From Lama glama (lineage: Eukaryota), in NCBI GenBank assembly GCA_028534125.1, contig CM052816.1, positions 8,248,001 through 8,312,000 on the forward strand: a DNA stretch of 64,000 nt, in the 5' to 3' direction. Position numbers and translations under genes: made by a program. Of the stretch, positions 1 to 12,950 are shown piece after piece. The notes under the pieces were generated by a model. The model saw only the letters and a list, made by a program, of their open reading frames with translations. It was not told the origin of the DNA and ran no database searches. How positions within the stretch are numbered: position 1 is the stretch's first letter; every line of letters starts with the position of its first letter.

Positions 1-208
1 AGAAAAGAGACCTACCTCTAAGGGACTTAGGGCAAAGCCAGAGTTAGGGCCGGGCCTCCCGCCATACCAGGACCAGCTCCTGGAAGGGGTGGGGAGTGGG
101 CAAGGATTCAGCTCAGCCTGGAGCTGACAGGCAAGGACAGTTCATCTCAAGGGCCCCGAGCAATTAATGGGTATTGGCTGCTGGGAAGGCTGTGCTAGAA
201 GTTTGTGA

Positions 209-895
<687 letters not shown>

Positions 896-1194
896 TGAGG
901 GTATTTCCCTCCTGCCCTCCTCACCCATTTAGGCCTCCTCCCACTCTCTAGGTATGGGGTGGGGGTAAACATCAGGTGAAGCTCGAGGGCTGACCGGGGC
1001 CGGGCAGTGAGCTGGCTATGGGGCCGTCTAAGTGATGGGATTTGGTCCATAGGGTCCTAGATGGTAGAAGCAGCACTAAAATGGGGCAAGAGTTTGGGTG
1101 ATAGGCAGGCCCCAGGAGCCAGGTTCTCTCTTTATAGATATATACATACACACACATATTATATATTGTATATACAAATAGTAATAATAACTAC

Positions 1195-1390
1195 CACATA
1201 TTTTTACAGTTAATCCTCACACCAATCCTGACATAGGTACTGTTATTAACCCCATTGTACAGATAGGGAGGCTGAGGCACAGAGAGGTTAAATAACTGCT
1301 GAGACCACTTAGCTAAGAAATGGTAGAGCTGGGATTTGTACCCAGGCAGTCTGGCTCTAGTGTCTTTGCTTCTAACTACCAAGCTGTACT
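1195..1390 (-). mobile_element. MIR SINE
   Basis: Reverse complement of the MIR core (ccattgtacagatagggaggctgaggcacagagaggttaa ... cccaggcagtctggctctag). Confidence 0.8.
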
Positions 1391-1760
1391 GCTTTTCTGC
1401 ACAGCAGATATCTCTGGAGCTATGTCATATGTTTTATATCATATTTAATCCTCACAACATCTAGGGACAGCTCAGGGGTCACATGACTTGCCCAGGAGGC
1501 AGAGTTCAGACTTGAACCCAACCTTCCAATTCTGAAGTCTGGGCTATAACCACTGGCCTGCTGCTCCCCAGATAAGGCACAGCTCAGAAGAGCAGAGAGA
1601 GGCCTCCTTTCCCCCGACCATTGTTCTGATTTGTCTTGGGGTCAGGAAATCCTATCCCCGGTCCTCCTGGTTGTGGACGCCCGAGTGGACGGGTAGCAGG
1701 ACCCCTGCCTGCTCCCCTGCCAGTCAGGGGCTGGGGGATCGCAGGGGTGGCCTGGGGTAG

Positions 1761-1931
<171 letters not shown>

Positions 1932-2256
1932 TAAGACCCTTCACAGGAGCCCCTCCAGACTTCAGGATTAAGGCCCTCAAGGAGTCCCAGCCCTGCCCCT
2001 GGCCCCTCAGGCCCACCATGGGGTCAAGGGGGATTAATCCAACAGACACTGATCCTGCGGTGATTCTCATAGGGAAAGTGTCAGTGGGAGGTATTCTGGG
2101 TTGGCACCACGACTGGGGGTGCTACTGGCACCCGACGTCCAGTGCCGGGAATGCTAAGCCCCTGCAATGTTTATAACATCCCCTAGAACAAAGACTCATT
2201 CCCCCAAAGATGCCAGCCACATTCATAGGATGCTCTGCAGGGGGGCCCTTGGGTAG

Positions 2257-2484
<228 letters not shown>

Positions 2485-3895
2485 TGAGTCAACAAGCATT
2501 TATTGAACACCAGCTGTCTGGGCTGGGCAGTGAGCGGTGGCGAGGACAGACAAGTGACCGGGACATTACGGGGCAGTGGTGAGTGCTGTGACTGCACACC
2601 CTGAGGTTGTGGGAGTGCATAGCAGGGCCACGAAGCAGGTCTCGAAGCACCAGGGGAGGATCCCAGAAGGCTTCCTGGGCAAGTGGCCTTTGAGCTAAGA
2701 TCCCAGAGGATAAGCAGGTGTTAGCAGTATGGAGACAGATCGGGCAGGTGTTCCAGACACAGAGAAAAGCCTCTGCAGAAGTCTGGAAGCAGGAGCTTGA
2801 CCCCTTAGGGGGACTGCAAGTGTTTCAACATGGCTGGGAGAGGTTGCAGAGGGTGATGTGTGACTGGACAGGAGGCCATGGTAAGGGTGAGAGGTCCCAG
2901 ATGCCAAGTTCTGGAGAGGAATGGCTGAGGGACTTGGACAGGACTTGTGGCCCCAAGGAAGTGACCCTGATGGATCCTGAGCCTCTGGCCTCTTGGCAGC
3001 TCTGTGTATTCTCAGGGAATATAGCAGCTCTGGGCCTAGACCTTGCCAGGGGACCCCGTAAGCAGGTAGGAAGAGCAACTGAGGGATCCCCAGCTGGTTG
3101 AAACAGAGAGGCCATCAGCATGCTAAGTGACAGCTGCTGAGGCCTCCAGCTCCTTCAGAACCAACTGCTCCCAGGTCTGGCATGGTGGCTTGGGATAGGG
3201 ACATGGGCCAAGGGGGTGGTAGCCAGCATGATGCCAGAACTGAGTCTAACCCTTAACCCCCAGCGGGAGCTTGCCCAGAAGTCTCAAAATGTCAGAATCA
3301 GTGATTCTTAAAATCACGGACTGGCGGGCCCAGATAGTGTCCAGATCAGACAGCGTCAGAACTGGAAGGGCTATTGGTCCCCGCCCCCATGGACAGAGGA
3401 GGCTTATTCCTCATGAACCCTCCAGGGTTCTGAGCCCAGGAGCCACAGAAGAATGAACTAGTGCTGGAGTGAGGAGCTGGGTGTCCCAGGCAGAAGATGG
3501 AGGCAGGGAGGGGCCGAGGGGTGCAGGGTCTACTGTCTTTGCTCTGGCAGGAGATTTCCTTGGTGTTTAGGAGCCACCACTGACAGGTATCCCCAAGTTC
3601 ATCCACCAGGTGTGGCCAGGCTGATGGAACCTATTAATATCTGCTTCTTGGATGACCCTGCCCCTGGAACTGTGCCAGCTAAGACCTAGATCATCCTGAC
3701 TTCTCCAGGGAGGCAGGGATGGATGGTCTCTGGGCTGTGGGTGGGAGAAATGGAGGCCCGAGGCAGAAGGCTTTGGCCTTGTGTCTGAATGGAGCCCCTG
3801 CCTCCCCTTCCCCACTCCCCTCCCATTTCTGTTTCTCCTCTCCCCCCGATTTCCTGCCTCCTCTCCCCCACATCCCCTCCTCTTGTCTGTTTCAG

Positions 3896-3938
3896 GGAGC
3901 CATCCTCACCACTATGCTGGCCACCAGGAACTTCTCTG
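3896..3938 (+). CDS. CAMK2A: CaMKII alpha exon 12, calmodulin-binding segment with Thr305/306 (GAILTTMLATRNFS)
   Basis: tttcag|GGAGCC ... TTCTCTG|gtaggt; 43 nt. Confidence 0.97.
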
Positions 3939-4106
3939 GTAGGTGGTAGGACCTTAGAGTCCCAAATACATCCTGCAGGAGGTGGACACGTTGCCAAATG
4001 GGCTATCTGGGTGCCCTCAGGCCAGAGGGCCTGGGGAGAGTAGGAGCTACAGAGGACCCCGTGACTAGAGGCTTAGCTCACCTGATGCAAACCTGTGGAA
4101 GTGGGT

Positions 4107-4121
4107 AAAGGTCAAAGGTCA
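4107..4121 (+). promoter_or_regulatory. Perfect nuclear-receptor DR1 (AGGTCA-A-AGGTCA) with two overlapping NBRE octamers
   Basis: AAAGGTCAAAGGTCA. Confidence 0.5.
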
Positions 4122-6034
4122 GCAAGCCAAGGGCCCACCAGGAAGGGTTAGAGGTTAAGTGTGGCTTCCCCAGCTCACAGCAGTGCTGGGTTTCTCAGGC
4201 TGGGCCAGCCAGAGGAGAAGGCCTCCTGAATGCTAGTGGACAAGTCCAGGAGGGACTGAGCCAGGCCCAGGAAGTACCAGTATTCCTGTTTCCCACAGTT
4301 ACTAAGCCATCCCCATGCTTTCACTCAGGTGGCCTTTATGACAAGACGGTTGCCATCCCTGTTTACTGAATGGGGAAACGGAGGCTTAGGGAGGTAGACT
4401 TGCCTCGGGTCACACTGCTAGAGGCAGGCTTTCAGTGCAGGTCTGACCCACCCCAGAGCAAGTGCCCTTACCAGGCTGGGTCACCAAGGAGTCCAGGGTA
4501 GAAGCCTTTGGCCTTGGCCAAAGCCAGGCTGGTTAAGGCAGGGAGTGCCCAATGACTGGCGGCATGTGGACCCGAAGACAGAAGGGAAAGGGATTAGTGT
4601 CAGGGCTTAGCAAGAAGCTCCCCTTGGCACGCTGGGGAGGGCTGCGGCCAGCGCCCGCCAGAGGCTTCTCTCTGGGGAGCCCGGGATGGCTGACGGGGCA
4701 ACTGAGCAGATACAGCAAAGCTCACCTGAGGGGCCCTCGGTCTAGGGCTGGGGCTGGGGCCAGCCAGAGAGGGCTGCTGTGCACACATGGCTGCTCCCAC
4801 CACAAGCGGTTGGCTCTGGGAAGCTACACCCCTGGCTTTGCTGAAGGAGGGTCCACCTGCCCATTTAACCAGCCAGGAGGATGAGACCTGGCGGTGGGAT
4901 GGGGTAAGACCCTGGAACTTCAGATGTGGGCTTTCCCCAGCACACTGAACTGCTTTCCAACTCTCTTCCAGCCCAGACAAGGATCCTGTAGTTCCTTAAA
5001 CTGAAAGATGAGCCACCCAGGCAGTCAGAGTCTTTTTTTAACAACTGAAGTGCCCTTAGGGAACTCTAGTCCAGAGCTCACAAAATGGGGGAGGGCATGG
5101 CTTAGTTCTCCTCTCTTGATGTTCTTGCGGGGGGGGGGGGGCAATGATGTTTAAAAAAATTTTTTTTTCTTAGAGTTTCCAGCACTTAAAACCCAGGAGA
5201 TTTCATAGAAAATCCCAGATTTCTGACTTCTCTCAAAAATCACGATATGTGACCTCACTTGACCCAGAGTCCTGGAGTAGTGGGCTGGAGCTGAGAGGGT
5301 CCCCCTTTGAGGCTTGAGGGGAGCCCACAAAGCCCATGGAGGATGGGCATCTGTTTCTTTCTTTCAGCTTTGGGATCCAGGGGTACTCAACCCACCTCCC
5401 TTACTTTGCAAGAGGGAAATTTTCCATCAGAGCCTGAGAGGGTCATAGGTACCAATGTGAGGATGACTGGGGAGCTGGACCAGCCATGAGCCCCATCCAT
5501 CCAAGCCTCTGGGTTGTTGGTGTCCTGTACCTCCCCTCCCCTCCCTCGCAGCTCGCCCTCTCTGGGCCACCAGGAGAAGGACTTTGAGTGGCTGTCATTT
5601 ACCAAACATCTACTACATACACGTCAAGTGCTGTGCTGAGCACCTTCTAGATACTGTCTCCTTTAACTTTAGGCCGTTTGCTTGAGGTTTGAAGCAGTCG
5701 GATGTCAGGCTGCACAGAGCTGGGCATTTATGCCATTTCCTGGCTGGTGCCCTCTCCAAGGGCTCTGGCCAGGAGGTGAGAAGGGAGGGAAAGGGGAATG
5801 ACAGCTGGGGCCTCCCTGAGAGTCATTGCTTTGCTTTTCCCAGACACCCAGGACACAGCCAGCCCCAGCATGGGGCTCTGGGGTTTGAGGGTGGGGAGGC
5901 CTCTGCCAGGGATGGGTGCTCTGGCAGGGATGGGCCCAGAGGAGTGGGCATCTGCTTCTTGTCACAGGCAAAACACAGCTCGCAGCTGTCCAGAGTAGGC
6001 AGGGCTGACACATGACCTCCGCAGCAGCATGGGG

Positions 6035-6044
6035 CTAAAATTAG
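6035..6044. promoter_or_regulatory. MEF2 consensus site CTAAAATTAG upstream of the alphaKAP ATG
   Basis: Exact match to CTA(A/T)4TAG; AT-rich island in GC-rich flanks; E-box CAGCTG at 5983-5988. Confidence 0.6.
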
Positions 6045-6369
6045 AGCAGGCTGGGGTGGGGAGGGAGCGTCCAGCCCCGGGCTGGGCAGCCAGGCCTCTG
6101 GGTTGGCCACCACCAGCACGGGTGGTGACCGGGATCTAGAGGGAATCCCCGGACTAAAACAGCAACCACACGGTCCTGGGACACATTGGGCACCTCTCTC
6201 AACCCATGGGGCCAGAGGGTCACACTTGAGATTGCTGAGAACTGGGGGGAGCCCAGGCCCAGTTAGTGGGCCACCGGCAGCCCCGGGGCCGCCCAGGAAG
6301 GAAGAGGAGCACGGGGAGGAGGTCTCCCCCAGATCGCTGCTCTGCTCTGTGCCCGCCAGCTGCCCGTGG

Positions 6370-6486
6370 ATGCTGCTCTTCCTCGCCCTGTGGGCCCTGG
6401 TGCCCTGCCTGGTGTTGGTAACCCTCTACTTTTTCTCCTCCGCAGGGGGGAAGAGTGGAGGAAACAAGAAGAACGATGGTGTGAAG
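6370..6486 (+). CDS. CAMK2A: alphaKAP alternative first coding exon: hydrophobic membrane anchor MLLFLALWALVPCLVLVTLYFFSSA fused in frame to exon 13
   Basis: ATG at 6370 is in frame with GGKSGGNKK; the 25-aa hydrophobic leader matches the known alphaKAP N-terminus; splicing to downstream exons including the 33-nt exon gives 603 nt = 200 aa + stop. Confidence 0.92.
6446..6486 (+). CDS. CAMK2A: CaMKII alpha exon 13, linker (GGKSGGNKKNDGVK)
   Basis: ccgcag|GGGGGAAG ... GTGAAG|gtaagc; 41 nt; alpha-type linker peptide. Confidence 0.96.
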
Positions 6487-9400
6487 GTAAGCCCCTGAGG
6501 GCCTGGCACGGCCAGCCTCCGGCAGCGTCCCAGCCAGCACGGCCCGGCTTGCAGGGCTGGGGCGAGAGCCAGGCCTTGCTAACAGTGTTCTGGGCGGATG
6601 TGCTCACCCAGGCAGCCTGGCGTCCCCAGACCCAGAGATCTGAGCTTCGGTGCCCACCCTCCTGCCACAATTGGTGGGCGGGGTGCAGGTGGGGGAAGGG
6701 AGGGTTGGTTAAAAGAAGGTGGGAGAGGCAGGTGGCCTGGGTGAGGGTGGGCATTAGGGCAGATCAAAGGAGATTTCTGTGGTGTTCCCGGACTGGGGGA
6801 CTGGTGAGCGAAAGGGTGCAAAGAAGGGACAGAGATGTCATGAGGGGCGACCTCCTTCCTGAACGTGGGCTGGCTGGAACGGGCCCCTGACCCAGTGCGT
6901 GCCCCAGTCCAACCTACAAAGCCTGTGGGGGATGGACAGCCATTCCTCTCAGCTTTGGGATCCAGATGTACCCACCCCATCAAGGCCTGCTGGTTCAGTG
7001 CCAAGAATCCCCTCCTCCCCCGACCCAGGCCTACCCTGTCCCCATCCCTGATGCCCGAGCTACTTCCCTCTACACCCTGCTGACCCGTCTCTCCCTCCTC
7101 TCTCTTCTCCCTCTGCTCTCTGGGGCCTGGTCCCCTGCTCTCTGCAGCCCCTTCCTCCGCTGCCACTGGCTCGCCTTGTGGGTTCTCCTCTTTTGAGACC
7201 CTGCCTTTTTCTGGGCTCAGAGTCCTGCCTGGCCAGGGCCCCAGGGCTGGGCTGTGCCCAGGAGACTAGAAGAGATGAGATGCTGTCCAAACACAGCCAC
7301 CCAGGTGGGCTGATGGCTTCTGGCTTGATCTGTAGTGGCATTTACAGTCTCAGGCCCCTGGCTTCAGTCTGTCAGGGGTTGCATGGGAGAGGATCTGGGT
7401 GTCGCTTGCGGCCAGGTTACGGGCCTCCCCTCTGCTTTCAGTCCCCTGGCGGCTTGAGTTACCCCATAGGTGCACTGGGTGAGGCAGGAAGGGTGTGAAC
7501 TTGATGATTTCCAAGATTTCAGCTTTAAAAACAAAGAAGAAAAAAGAAGCAATCAAAAGACGCACCCTTCTTATCTTGGGTGCTTGAGGAATATGTCATT
7601 ATTTGGTTATCAGCCAAAGCCAGTGGTTTTCAAACAGAACTCCTTGGAGTCCAGAAGTTCTGGGGAGGCACCTCTGGCAGCAGGTGGCGAGGGATTGGAA
7701 GAGGAGAGGCTGAGCAGGGAGGGGTTTAGGCTGCTTTCAGCCAGAGTAGCCGTGGACCAGCCATTGCCACGGCTGAGAGAGCCTGGGTGGGTGTACCGTC
7801 GTTATTTGAATCCCCCGAGCCTATTTCCTCATTCAAGCAATGGAGGGAAAGGATCTCCCACCTCCCAGGGCTGTTTGTGAAGATGAAGCAAGATGCTGCA
7901 CACTGGGGACTTAACATGGGACTGGCGTGTAACTCGTGCTCATTGGATGCTCATCGGTAGTGGTACCTTTCCTGCTTTATGTGCTGGACTTGCGAGTAAA
8001 GATTTCTCTGGAAAACAAAGGTTGCTAAAGAAAATGTTTGGAAACCAGAGATCTGAAGCCAGCCCAATTTATAAAGTTAAAATGCATCCATCCCAAATGC
8101 TGTAACAGAATCCAGAATTGAGTTTCGGCTTACCTGCTGTTTTAGGTTACTCATGAGTCAGTCCCCCTCCCCTCCCAATTTGAAAGAGTGATGGAGGGAT
8201 GTGCAAGGTTGGGGGTCTATTCTGGCCCTAGTGTGTACACACTGGAGGTACTGGGTTCTCTGGGGAAAGTCATATTTGGAGGGATATGGGGCAGAAGCCA
8301 TAGGCACTGGTGGGCTGTGGTCCAGGTCGGTGGAGAAGGAGGGGCAGAGGTGGGGTGGTTGTCGTCTGTTTGGCACTTGGGTGTGCTATGGCCAGGCTGC
8401 TGGCGGTGAGGTCAGGGCCTCCCTCAGGCCAGGTCTTGGGTCAAAGCTCCAGTATGGCTCCTCTCCAGGCAAGGCCAGGAGGCAGAGGCAGTCTGAGGGC
8501 AAGGACATGTCACAGCGCGGCGGGGCTCTGGCTGGTCACTGCACCGCTGAAGAAAGTGCCGTAGCCTCCAGTGGTGCAGGACAGACCCAGAGTGACTTCT
8601 CAGAGTGGCCGGGGTGTGGAGAAAGAGATGCTCAAAGGCTATTCCTGATGTGACCCTCTCTCTGCAGTTCAGCCTCCTCCTCTTCCTTGGGATGGAGGAC
8701 GGGGGACATCCAGCAGGAAGATGGGAGTAACCCCGGGGGCCTTGCCCAGGATTTGGGGAGCCTGGCCTCCAAGATGTCATTCTGGGGTTCCAATCACATT
8801 TTCACAATGATTGAAATGGGACCTCAAGTCAAGAAGCCAGGCGGTTGAGCCCGGGCCCCACAGCTCCCTCCCTTGGGGGCCTGGGCCATTGGTTCTGTCA
8901 TCTCTGCAGAGGTAGAAAGAGCTGTTTGTGGGGGCTGGTGAGAGACTCCCACCAGGGTGGGCCTGGTGGAGTCACTCCTGTCACCCACACACGCTCAGCC
9001 AGAGTGGGAAATAGACATTCTTCCTACAACTTGGTTTCTAGAGACAAACCACTGTTTCCATCTGGAGCTTAGCTGAAGAAGCAGTGACTGGTCCCAGTGC
9101 TGGAGGAAAAACTGTCCTGCTGGAGTTAGAGATATGACATGATCCTGTATTTATGGGCTTTTAAGGACTTTTCAAGGCTAATTTTGACCATAATTCATTT
9201 TTATCATTCTTGCCAACCTTAGGACCATGTTTCTACACATGGCTCTAAGAGATGTGAATACTTGTGGTGGCCACTTGCAAATTAAACTAACGTGCTGGTC
9301 AGTGTGGGAATATTATTAGTATCATCATCATTCTGTGATTCAGGAAAATTGAATCTTTCTAGCACCAAGAAGCAATGCCCCTGTCCCCACCACCACCACT

Positions 9401-11088
9401 CCTAGGCCTCTACTTCAACCAAGAGGGGCTGACTGACCCTCAGCTCCACTCACTGCCCCCTGTTGGTGTCCCATCCGTCCGTCATGACTCCTCTCCCCCA
9501 TGTCCCATCCTGTCACTGTACGTCCAAATCTGATGCAGTCTCTGCTCTGTGTTCCCTCCTCGTGTCCCGCCTGGAACCTCCTGGCCCCCACGCCACTCCT
9601 CAGGTTTCTGCTGACAGCCAGGCTGTGTGGGCCTGTCCCCTCTGACACATGCTGTGCCTGGCCCAGCTCCAGCCAGGAGTGAGGCCGGCACTGGGAGGAC
9701 AGGGAAGAAGAGGAGCGGAGAAGGGAGGGGAGGAGGGGCTGGCTGTAGACATCCAGCTATGAAAGTCACACTGTCCAGGCCAGCTGGGGCAGAGGCAGGG
9801 GCATTGATGCTCGAAGTGCCCAGTGAGCCACCGCAGCCACGTCTGCGGAGGCCCTGGATGGAGAGGACAGGCTCTAAGGCTCCTGGCACTCAGAGGCCCC
9901 TGGATCCTGGAGTCAGAAAGCCTAGAATTAGACCCGAGGACCCTCAGAGTATATCCAGTGCCTCCCCCAGCAAAGGCTTACCCTGAGATCATCTCAAGTG
10001 CTTCCTCTGGTCCCACATGGAGCAGCAAGGGGGGCAGCCTCCTGGCCTCTCACATGTGGGTGCTTCCAGGGAGGGTGAGCCTTTGAAGAGCCGTCAGGCT
10101 GCAGGGACCTGGACACCTGGACAGAGGAGCGGCCTGCATCAGGGGTTCCAGCCTCTGCTTTGCTAGTAGCTGGCTGAGCAGCCTTGGGCGGATCACCCCG
10201 GTTTTCCACATGTGCAATGCAAGTGTCAGTCTTGACCTGCAACCTTCTATGAGTGCAAGTGTTTAAGACTCCTGGCTTAGAGCTGAAAGGAGAAGATAAT
10301 CTACACTTTCCTCTCTCCTTCTCGTCTTCCCTTGGGTCCATAGCCAATAATACAGGGGAAGCTACAAATCCCCCCGAAGCTTGAATAGGTGGATGGCAGG
10401 GCCCAAAGACTCGAATTCTGGGCTCAGCTCTGTGTCTGCCAGGATTTCTGAGGCCTCTTAGAGGACTGGTTCCCACACCTGTCCCTGCCTTGGAATCACC
10501 TGGGGATATTGTTTAAAATAAAGATGCCCAGGCCCCAGCACAGACCTAGTTATCAGACTCCTCAAGAGGCCTGGTTATGCGTATTTTTGACAAGTTTCCT
10601 AAGTGACTATGACACTCAACCAAACCAGGACATTCATCCGTTCCTCAGAGATGCTTGGGGAGTCTAGGAGGAGACATTGGGCCTTATCTCCAGAACTGAG
10701 GGCCTTTTTGTCCAAGAGTTTTGGATTCTGGAGGCCTTAGGCATCTGGCACCCCAGACCCAAGATTTGCTTCCCGCATCAGAGCTCGGCGTAGGGGCAGC
10801 CCTGGTCCAAGAAAGGCTTGGCCTGGAGCTTGGAGGTTGGATGGTTGAGGCCCAGGCAGCTGTGCGTGAGGCCCTAGAACTCCAGGCTGAGAGAGGACTG
10901 GCCCTGCCAGGTCAGCTGCTGCTAGTGGCCCTGACTCCTTGTCCCGATGCTGTTGCTGGCAAGGGACCACCGAGGATGACCCCGAGGCCCATCCTCCTTC
11001 CAACCCCTCTTTGTCGTTTGTTCCTCTGCTCCCTGCCGTTTTCATGCTGTGTCTTTTCCTGTCCCATCTCTTCTCCTTGTTTTTCCAG

Positions 11089-11121
11089 AAAAGAAAGTCC
11101 AGTTCCAGCGTTCAGTTAATG
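11089..11121 (+). CDS. CAMK2A: CaMKII alphaB/alphaKAP cassette exon (KRKSSSSVQLM); forms the KKRK nuclear localisation signal with the preceding K
   Basis: long polypyrimidine tract, ccag|AAAAGA ... TTAATG|gtgagt; 33 nt, frame-preserving; known 11-aa insert. Confidence 0.95.
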
Positions 11122-12113
11122 GTGAGTGTCTGCCGTCTCCCAAACGCCGGTAAATCCTGGGCCTCGAACCCTCGCTCCTGCCTCCCTCCTGCAGGCTGCA
11201 CTGGGAACCCGGGGCGGGGAGAGGGTGCTCAGGGCGTGCTTGGTACGTGTGCCTCGTGTGACAATATGTGTGTTGTGTGTGCGTGTTGTTGGCGTGTTTC
11301 TGTTGACACCTCCAACTCCATGGCCCAGACCAGCAGCCTGACGGTAGACCTGAGAACTCCCTGGGATGCAAAGGTTGATTTGAAGCCCATCCCACATCCA
11401 GTCCTTGGCTTCTCGCTTCTCCCCGCCCTCTGCTCTGGAACTCATCTCGGGGCTTGGTTTGTGCCAGTTGTGGCCTCTAGGGGGCTTGATTTGGCCAAAG
11501 GAGTGGGCGCCATAGGGGCCCTTCTTGAGCTTCTGCGAGGCTACCCAGGGCCCGCCGGTGGCAGAGGAGCCACCAGCCCCTGCCTCTGTCTAGGGGTTCC
11601 TGCGGTGGCATGGTGGCCCACATCCCTCTTCTTCTGACTCCATTGCTGTCTCCTCAACTGTGTGATTTTTCTCCCCCTGAAAAGCCCAGCTTCTCTCACG
11701 CTGGGCCTCCCCACTCCCCTCTCTTCTTCTCCTGCCAGTGTGTGCATTCCTTCCCCATTCTGCGGCCACCATGTGCCTCTCTGATCCTCCAGGCTCCCTC
11801 TCTGCTCCCTCAAGCAGATAGGGCCCAGGACCCTCTCCCAGCCCTTTCAGAAAGGCCAGGGCTCTCCATGCATCCATCCCTTCAGCCACGCCCCCGCCCC
11901 ACTCCTCCCACCCCCACCAGCCACCAGCTTAGCAGGGGCCCTTCTTTAGGCTTGAAGTCTGATAGGGTTTTCAGTACAGCATCTGGATGGCAGAGCCGAT
12001 GAGATTTACAGACACCGGGCCGCAGCATCAGGCCGCCGGGGCAGCCCCCAACTGACCACACCTCTTCCTGCTGGTCAGGTGGGCCTCACCACCTCCTGTG
12101 TTCTCTTTGGCAG

Positions 12114-12162
12114 GAATCTTCCGAGAGCACCAACACGACCATTGAGGATGAAGACACCAAAG
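12114..12162 (+). CDS. CAMK2A: CaMKII alpha exon 15 (ESSESTNTTIEDEDTK)
   Basis: ggcag|GAATCT ... CCAAAG|gtagga; 49 nt. Confidence 0.96.
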
Positions 12163-12724
12163 GTAGGAGGGGCCTGGCCTTCAGCTCCTGGGCCTCCTGG
12201 CAGGCCCCCTTCATGGACAGCCCCTGGCCTGAAAGGGCCCCAAGGCCAACCTTGTGTCCTGTTTCTCTACAAAGAGCCACACTTTGGCTCCTTATAGACT
12301 GGGTGTACTGCGGGGCCTTTGCCCACACGAGGGACCTGGCCCACCAGCGGTCCCAGATGGACTTTTCTTCTTGTAGGGGTTATGTGTTTAATTTAACATG
12401 TATCAGAAAACATTAATTTAACACAGTCAAGTCGTAGATGTATCAGAGCAGTATAAATTTTCCTTTTGAAGTGTTCCTGAATTTTTAAAAAATGAATTGA
12501 TTTAAAAAACTTGAAGGAATCATAGTAAAGGAAGGGAAAGCAAAAATTCAGAAAGTTCAGCCAACTGGAACATGGGAAATACTGCCCCAGAGCAACTCCA
12601 AGTGCTGGGGTTGCTGTGGCCAGTGGCTAACAGTTTTCACAAGCCCTCAGACGAAAGGGAGCAAAACCCCAGATAACCATGGTCTGATAGCAGGAGAGGA
12701 AATACCAGGATGGTACTAGGAGTA

Positions 12725-12950
12725 ATGGCTGCCTTTCATGGGGCCCTCACTGTGTGCTAGACCTGCTTTCAAGTGCTTTACATTCACCTGAGCTTCACAA
12801 CAAACCTAGGAGGTAGGGACTGTGATCAACCCCATTCTACAGCCCAGAAACTGAGGGTTGGGTAAGCTGGCCTAAGGTCCCAGAGCTCCTGTAGGGTAGG
12901 GTTAGGATATGAATCCAGGCAGCGTGGCTCCAGGGCCGGGCTCACAACCT
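12725..12950 (-). mobile_element. MIR SINE
   Basis: cccattctacagcccagaaactgagg ... tatgaatccaggcagcgtggctccag; boundaries approximate. Confidence 0.7.

Noticed and set aside
11471..11487. Additional CTCF-like motifs (TGGCCTCTAGGGGGCTT here; GGCAGCAGGTGGCGA at ~7676)
   Set aside because: Weaker matches than the two reported sites; cannot be distinguished from chance without a PWM scan or ChIP data.
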